Below are positions 56,097 through 56,846 of a stretch of DNA of 56,846 nucleotides, one piece after another (the first letter of the stretch is position 1; the number at the start of each line of letters is the position of its first letter). The DNA comes from a virus. The DNA is taken from IMG/VR virus record IMGVR_UViG_3300045988_088058, positions 1 to 56,846 of that record, one strand, 5' to 3'. Under the pieces are notes generated by a model. That model searched no databases and was not told the origin of the DNA. It saw nothing but the letters and a program-made list of their open reading frames with translations. A program made the translations under genes and the position numbers.

Positions 56097-56618
56097 CTAT
56101 CGAATAGCTCGTCCAAGAGTGTGAACACTTCCAAGATAGTTCAATTTGCGTTGAAGGGAAAGCTGTTCAAGTTCAGGAGTTGAAAATTCTGGATTAACTT
56201 TGTTGACGAATGGGTAAATTGAAATTCCTCCACGAGGAGTAAATAGACCCATGACTTCGATGTACTTAGGATTCATCAATTCATACAAGTCATTCAAAAT
56301 AATGTTCATGCAATCTTCATGGAAGTCGCCGTGGTTACGGAAACTAAATAGGTATAGTTTCAACGATTTAGACTCAACCATCCTGTCATTTGGAATGTAG
56401 CTGATGAAAACATTTGCAAAATCAGGCTGTCCTGTTTTAGGACAAAGTGAAGTGAATTCGTATCCGTCAAATGTTACTAGGTAATTATTTTCAGGATGCT
56501 TATTAGGGAAGGTTTCAAGAACTTCAGGATTATAATCATAATCGTATTTGGTATCTTGGTTGCCTAAAAGAGTAACGCCTGTCAATTCAGCGTCTGTTCG
56601 AGTAGTGTTTTGACTCAT
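56097..56618 (-). CDS. queF: NADPH-dependent 7-cyano-7-deazaguanine reductase
   Basis: [57 protein letters not shown]. Confidence 0.95.
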   Translation of the reverse strand: MSQNTTRTDAELTGVTLLGNQDTKYDYDYNPEVLETFPNKHPENNYLVTFDGYEFTSLCPKTGQPDFANVFISYIPNDRMVESKSLKLYLFSFRNHGDFHEDCMNIILNDLYELMNPKYIEVMGLFTPRGGISIYPFVNKVNPEFSTPELEQLSLQRKLNYLGSVHTLGRAIR

Positions 56619-56630
56619 GTTCGAGCCTCC

Positions 56631-56676
56631 TTTATTTTTATTTTTAGCAGGATGTCAGGTTCTACAAAACTGCCTC
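56631..56676 (-). promoter_or_regulatory. queF leader; possible pseudoknot/riboswitch-like element
   Basis: Minus GAGGCAGTTTTGTAGAACCTGACATCCTGCTAAAAATAAAAATAAAGGAGG: GCAG/CTGC stem, A-rich linker, SD. Confidence 0.3.
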
Positions 56677-56682
56677 ATATAT

Positions 56683-56712
56683 ATTATACACGAATATGAT
56701 TCATTTTGTTAA
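56683..56712 (-). promoter_or_regulatory. Class II promoter: TTAACA-N18-TATAAT
   Basis: Minus TTAACA AAATGAATCATATTCGTG TATAAT. Confidence 0.7.
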
Positions 56713-56752
56713 GCAATAAAAATAATCAACTAACTTTCTGCTTTATAGTTAC

Positions 56753-56781
56753 ATTATACGATAATGAAATAATAAAGTCAA
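56753..56781 (-). promoter_or_regulatory. Class I promoter: TTGACT-N17-TATAAT, upstream of the que operon
   Basis: Minus TTGACT TTATTATTTCATTATCG TATAAT. Confidence 0.88.
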
Positions 56782-56791
56782 GCATTTTTAC

Positions 56792-56846
56792 AAAAAAAAA
56801 TAATCAGGAATTTTCCTGACTACTTTTTCAAAAGTCTCGAAGCAAT
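56792..56846. repeat. 55-bp direct terminal repeat (copy 2)
   Basis: Identical to 1-55. Confidence 0.97.

Noticed and set aside
1-56846. Avoidance of GATC as evasion of DpnI/DpnII-type restriction
   Set aside because: GATC is visible at many sites including the polymerase, SSB and tail genes, so there is no complete avoidance; partial depletion would need counting.
1-56846. Lysogeny module, CRISPR array or tRNA genes
   Set aside because: No integrase, CI-like repressor cassette, regularly spaced CRISPR repeats or cloverleaf-like tRNA sequence was recognised on manual reading; a tRNAscan/CRISPR search would be needed for certainty.

Overview
The window is a complete, apparently circular assembly of a lytic siphovirus of the Streptococcus phage Dp-1 type (about 56.8 kb). 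It has a 55-bp exact end overlap (1-55 = 56792-56846). Most genes are on the minus strand; one compact plus-strand block of mostly unknown small genes lies at 36108-40536. Recognisable modules are: family A DNA polymerase, SSB-like protein, sigma-like factor, primase, DnaB-like helicase, DnaC-like loader and SNF2 helicase (540-11121); choline-binding endolysin and holins (12425-13990); tail, capsid, portal and terminase genes (14002-35266); an HD-domain protein, bacterial-type clamp loader (delta, delta', DnaX), RecA-like protein, dUTPase, two nucleases and a sliding clamp (42393-51436); and a 7-deazaguanine (preQ0/preQ1) synthesis, transport and DNA-insertion locus (DpdA-like, QueT, FolE, QueE, QueD, QueC, QueF at 52028-56618, plus a YhhQ-type transporter at 29-562). 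Reading the non-coding DNA gave several less obvious signals: three families of promoter-like sequences with fixed architecture (7, 6 and 3 copies), a structured RNA candidate at 8379-8440 whose imperfect pairs are G-U only on the minus strand, an iteron-like array at 35473-35638 in the divergent region, a possible preQ1-type leader before queF, and a small protein resembling the ADP-ribosyltransferase fold in the plus-strand operon. No integrase, tRNA gene or CRISPR array was recognised.
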